From positions 1 to 36,447 of the IMG/VR virus record IMGVR_UViG_3300016722_000151: a stretch of DNA of 36,447 nt. One strand, given 5' to 3'. This document shows, one piece after another, positions 33,739-36,447 of this stretch. Made by a program: the position numbers and the translations under genes. Each line of letters opens with the position of its first letter. Position 1 is the stretch's first letter. The notes under the pieces are model-generated. The model did no database searches and was not told the DNA's origin. It worked only from the letters and a program-made list of their open reading frames with translations. This stretch comes from a virus. Lineage: Duplodnaviria > Caudoviricetes.

Positions 33739-33771
33739 GTGTATAATTTTGTTGAAAGAGGGTGAAAAGCA

Positions 33772-34113
33772 ATGATTGGAGAAAGAATTAAAGAATTGCG
33801 CAAATCAAGAAAATTAACATTAAAACAGTTTGGTATTCAATTTGGCTTAAGTGAGAGTACAATTAGCCAATATGAAAATGAAAATAGAACGCCTGATTAT
33901 GAAGTGCTAAAAAAAATAGCTGATTTTTTTGAAGTTTCAACCGATTATCTATTAGGTAGAACTGACGAACCCTCAACAAAATCCCTAGATGAGCAACTCG
34001 AGGGGGTTAACTTTGCATTATACAAAGAGGCCGAAGAATTGTCCGATGCGGATAAACGAGACGTTCTAAACTTTATACAATTCATGAAACAAAAGAAACA
34101 GAAAGAAAAATAA
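33772..34113 (+). CDS. CI/ImmR-like XRE repressor
   Basis: GERIKELRK..STISQYE...R.PD...IADFF.VSTDYLLGR. Confidence 0.92.
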   Translation: MIGERIKELRKSRKLTLKQFGIQFGLSESTISQYENENRTPDYEVLKKIADFFEVSTDYLLGRTDEPSTKSLDEQLEGVNFALYKEAEELSDADKRDVLNFIQFMKQKKQKEK

Positions 34114-34126
34114 AACGGGTGATGCG

Positions 34127-34534
34127 ATGGAATTAAAAGAACTATATCAGTTGGCCGAGGACAAAGACATCAGTGTTGAGCATTTTCATCTTGAGGAAAA
34201 CAAGGCGCTTACAGCTGAATATATTTCAGGTTCGTTCGCCATAGCACTTGATGATAAGAAAATAGAAAATAAAACAGAAGAAAAAATGTGCCTAGCACAT
34301 GAATTAGGTCATTGTGAATCAGGGGCATTTTACATGGCGCAAAGTAAATTTGAGACAATTGGACGATGTGAGGCCCGTGTGTTTCGGTGGCAAGTAAAAA
34401 ATATGCTTCCGTATGAAGAGCTTGAGCAAGCCATCAAAAAAGGATACACCGAAAGCTGGGAACTCGCCGAATACTTTGACTTGTCGGAAGAGTTTGTGCG
34501 TAAAGCTGTTGAGTATTACAAGGATATAGAATAA
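34127..34534 (+). CDS. ImmA/IrrE family metallopeptidase (anti-repressor)
   Basis: LAHELGH zinc motif, downstream E..A, adjacent to the repressor. Confidence 0.9.
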   Translation: MELKELYQLAEDKDISVEHFHLEENKALTAEYISGSFAIALDDKKIENKTEEKMCLAHELGHCESGAFYMAQSKFETIGRCEARVFRWQVKNMLPYEELEQAIKKGYTESWELAEYFDLSEEFVRKAVEYYKDIE

Positions 34535-34636
34535 AAAAGAGCCTATCCGTCTACCAACGAATAAGCTCATAAGATATAAAGCGTTTCTGGAAACCCCTTA
34601 TAAGAAAATTATACATATATTGACGAAAAATGTCAA
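34533..34636 (-). ncRNA. Antisense sRNA module upstream of the exclusion-like gene (promoter plus about 70-nt RNA)
   Basis: Perfect TTGACA-N17-TATAAT (34636-34608) followed by 12-bp stem GAGCUUAUUCGU-UGGUAG-ACGGAUAGGCUC and U tract. Confidence 0.65.
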
Positions 34637-34655
34637 TATAGAAGGAGAGTACATC

Positions 34656-35267
34656 ATGAAATGCACAAATTGCGGAACAGAACACAACTCAAAATTTTGC
34701 CCCCAGTGTGGAGCACCTGCAGTGCCACAGCAAACATATCAAGGAACTCCAACGCAACCGCAACAACAATATCAGCCTCCTACATCACCACAGCCACCAT
34801 ATCAAGGAACTCCCTATCAACCCCCTGTACCACCACAGTCACCGTATCAAGGGGCTCCCTATCAACCTCCCGTGCGACCAAAGAAAAGGCTTGGATGCTT
34901 AAGAGCTATTCTAATTGTTGTTGTTATCTTTATAACTATTGGTATTATCGCTGCCGTAGTCACGAGCAACACGAGTAATTCGACCGGAACTCCTACAAAA
35001 TCAACTTCTCAAACAACCTCAAGTCCTGCCAATAAACCAGGAATTTCAAAAGCTGAATATGACCAAATTAAAAATGGAATGTCATATAATGAAGTTAAAG
35101 CTATTATTGGTAGTGATGGTGAATCTATGTCTGAAGTGGGCGAGAAAGGTACTGATTACTATACAGTTGTATATATGTGGAAAGGCGAAGGAATGATTGG
35201 GGCCAATGCAAACTTTACATTTCAAAATGATAAACTCCAGATGAAAGCTCAAGTTGGTTTAAATTAA
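34656..35267 (+). CDS. Zinc-ribbon, Pro/Gln-repeat, single-TM protein with extracellular BLIP/DUF3862-like domain (exclusion candidate)
   Basis: CxxC..FCxxCG, YQGTP/YQPP repeats, TM helix, I..GMSY.EV..I.G..G motif. Confidence 0.75.
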   Translation: MKCTNCGTEHNSKFCPQCGAPAVPQQTYQGTPTQPQQQYQPPTSPQPPYQGTPYQPPVPPQSPYQGAPYQPPVRPKKRLGCLRAILIVVVIFITIGIIAAVVTSNTSNSTGTPTKSTSQTTSSPANKPGISKAEYDQIKNGMSYNEVKAIIGSDGESMSEVGEKGTDYYTVVYMWKGEGMIGANANFTFQNDKLQMKAQVGLN

Positions 35268-35272
35268 TAAAT

Positions 35273-35377
35273 AAAAAAATGCCCCCTACCCTGTTCGAGC
35301 AAGGTAAGAGGCTGATAGAGTGTACATGATGCACACATCACCAAAAATATTGTATCATGTACGCTCTTAATTTACAA
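35273..35377 (-). ncRNA. Antisense sRNA module in the integrase leader (promoter plus about 70-nt RNA)
   Basis: TTGTAA-N17-TACAAT with extended TG (35377-35349); 13-bp stem 35281-35312 followed by ATTTTTTT. Confidence 0.6.
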
Positions 35378-35397
35378 GAAAAGGAGTGTATTTTTTT

Positions 35398-36447
35398 ATG
35401 GCACGATATAAAAAAAGAAAAGACGGATTATATTCAACTCGTACTACAGTCGGCAAAAATCCTGACGGGAGTCCCATAATAAAAACAATTTATGCTAAAA
35501 CGCAGGCCGAATTAGAAACAAAAAAATCGGTTGCAAAACTAGGCCCTGTTGTTAAGCATAATTTTAAAGAACTATCAGAAGAAATGCTTGCCGAGAAAGA
35601 AAAATTAGTGGGAGTTAAAACATACGAGGGATACAATCAAGCGTTAAAGAAACTAGAGAGTTTATATCAATATGATATTGAAGATATTTCTATAAGTATG
35701 ATTGACAACATTTTATGTGATTTAGTTAGCAAAGACTTCTCTTATTCATTAGTATCAAAAGTTAAAATTGCATACTGCTCAACTGTTAAATACGCTATTA
35801 GAAAAGGCGTACTAATAAATGACTATACTCGTATCATACAAGTGCCTAAATCGGCTAAAAAAGGTGAAAGAACGCAAATAACAGATAATGATATAAAAGT
35901 GATAAAGAATAGCACTAATGATGAATTTGGGTTGTATCCTTTTATGATGTTATGCACAGGAATGAGAAGAGGAGAAATACTGGCTCTGCAATGGAAAGAT
36001 ATAGATATTAAGGGCGGTCAAATATATATAAACAAAGCAGTAGAATTTATCGGAAATACTCCTAGTGTGAAAGCACCCAAGACTGAAAAGGGAAACAGAA
36101 GTGTTCCTATATTAAAAACTTTAAAACCATATTTATCGCAAGGAAAATTAAAAACCGAAGATGAAGATTATTATATATTTGGCGGTAAAAAACCTTTAAC
36201 ACTTATTATGATAAAAAAACGTTGGAAAAAATATATTGATGATCATGGTTTAAACATCACCCAGCACCAACTAAGACACACATATGCAACGATTCTTTAC
36301 GATGCTGGAATTGATGCCAAAATGGCGCAATCTTTATTAGGACACGCAGATGTGCAAACCACCCTAAATATCTATACACATATCTCGGATACTACCCCAC
36401 AGAAAATCACAAACAAAATAAATAAAGCAATAGAAAAGCTAAAATAA
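35398..36447 (+). CDS. int: Tyrosine recombinase/phage integrase
   Basis: TGMRRGEILAL.W, PKT, HQLRHTYAT, LLGH....T..IYTH. Confidence 0.96.
   Translation: MARYKKRKDGLYSTRTTVGKNPDGSPIIKTIYAKTQAELETKKSVAKLGPVVKHNFKELSEEMLAEKEKLVGVKTYEGYNQALKKLESLYQYDIEDISISMIDNILCDLVSKDFSYSLVSKVKIAYCSTVKYAIRKGVLINDYTRIIQVPKSAKKGERTQITDNDIKVIKNSTNDEFGLYPFMMLCTGMRRGEILALQWKDIDIKGGQIYINKAVEFIGNTPSVKAPKTEKGNRSVPILKTLKPYLSQGKLKTEDEDYYIFGGKKPLTLIMIKKRWKKYIDDHGLNITQHQLRHTYATILYDAGIDAKMAQSLLGHADVQTTLNIYTHISDTTPQKITNKINKAIEKLK

Larger units (their letters stand above)
700..36447. mobile_element. Temperate myovirus-type prophage (Xkd/PBSX-like tail, SPP1-like head); left boundary approximate, right att site probably just outside the window
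   Basis: Complete ordered integrase, immunity, replication, packaging, head, contractile tail and lysis modules. Confidence 0.95.

Noticed and set aside
1162-34978. Numerous opposite-strand or alternate-frame ORFs in the track (e.g. 1162..1551, 18780..19265, 29484..29807, 34661..34978)
   Set aside because: They overlap well-supported genes and have no RBS or recognisable motifs

Overview
The window is almost entirely one temperate, contractile-tailed (PBSX/phiCD119-like, Xkd-type) prophage, most likely of a clostridial Firmicute. From right to left it carries a tyrosine integrase (its stop codon is the last base of the window), a membrane-anchored exclusion-like gene, an ImmA/CI/Cro switch with four 15-bp operators, and a very compact replication module. 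Then come an ArpU-like late regulator, terminase, SPP1-type portal, head, an Ig-like gene cluster, sheath/tube/baseplate, a beta-helix fibre and the lysis genes. At the far left are a relic of a phosphodiester-glycosidase-type gene and the 5' part of a C5-cytosine methyltransferase that runs off the window. The main features not visible in the ORF track are: (1) a group I intron (26145-27005) splitting the terL Walker B motif and carrying an HNH endonuclease with its own promoter and an RBS-occluding hairpin; (2) a single in-frame TAA in the tape-measure gene; (3) a -1 frameshift in the tail chaperone; (4) a circularly permuted Ig protein plus an unannotated 56-aa partner, suggesting a strand-complemented polymeric fibre; (5) three secreted copper-amine-oxidase N-terminal (stalk) domain morons, two of them bracketed by a 124-bp direct repeat; (6) three antisense promoter-to-terminator sRNA modules; and (7) six intrinsic terminators inside the late operon. 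All family assignments are from motif recognition by eye, and no searches were run.
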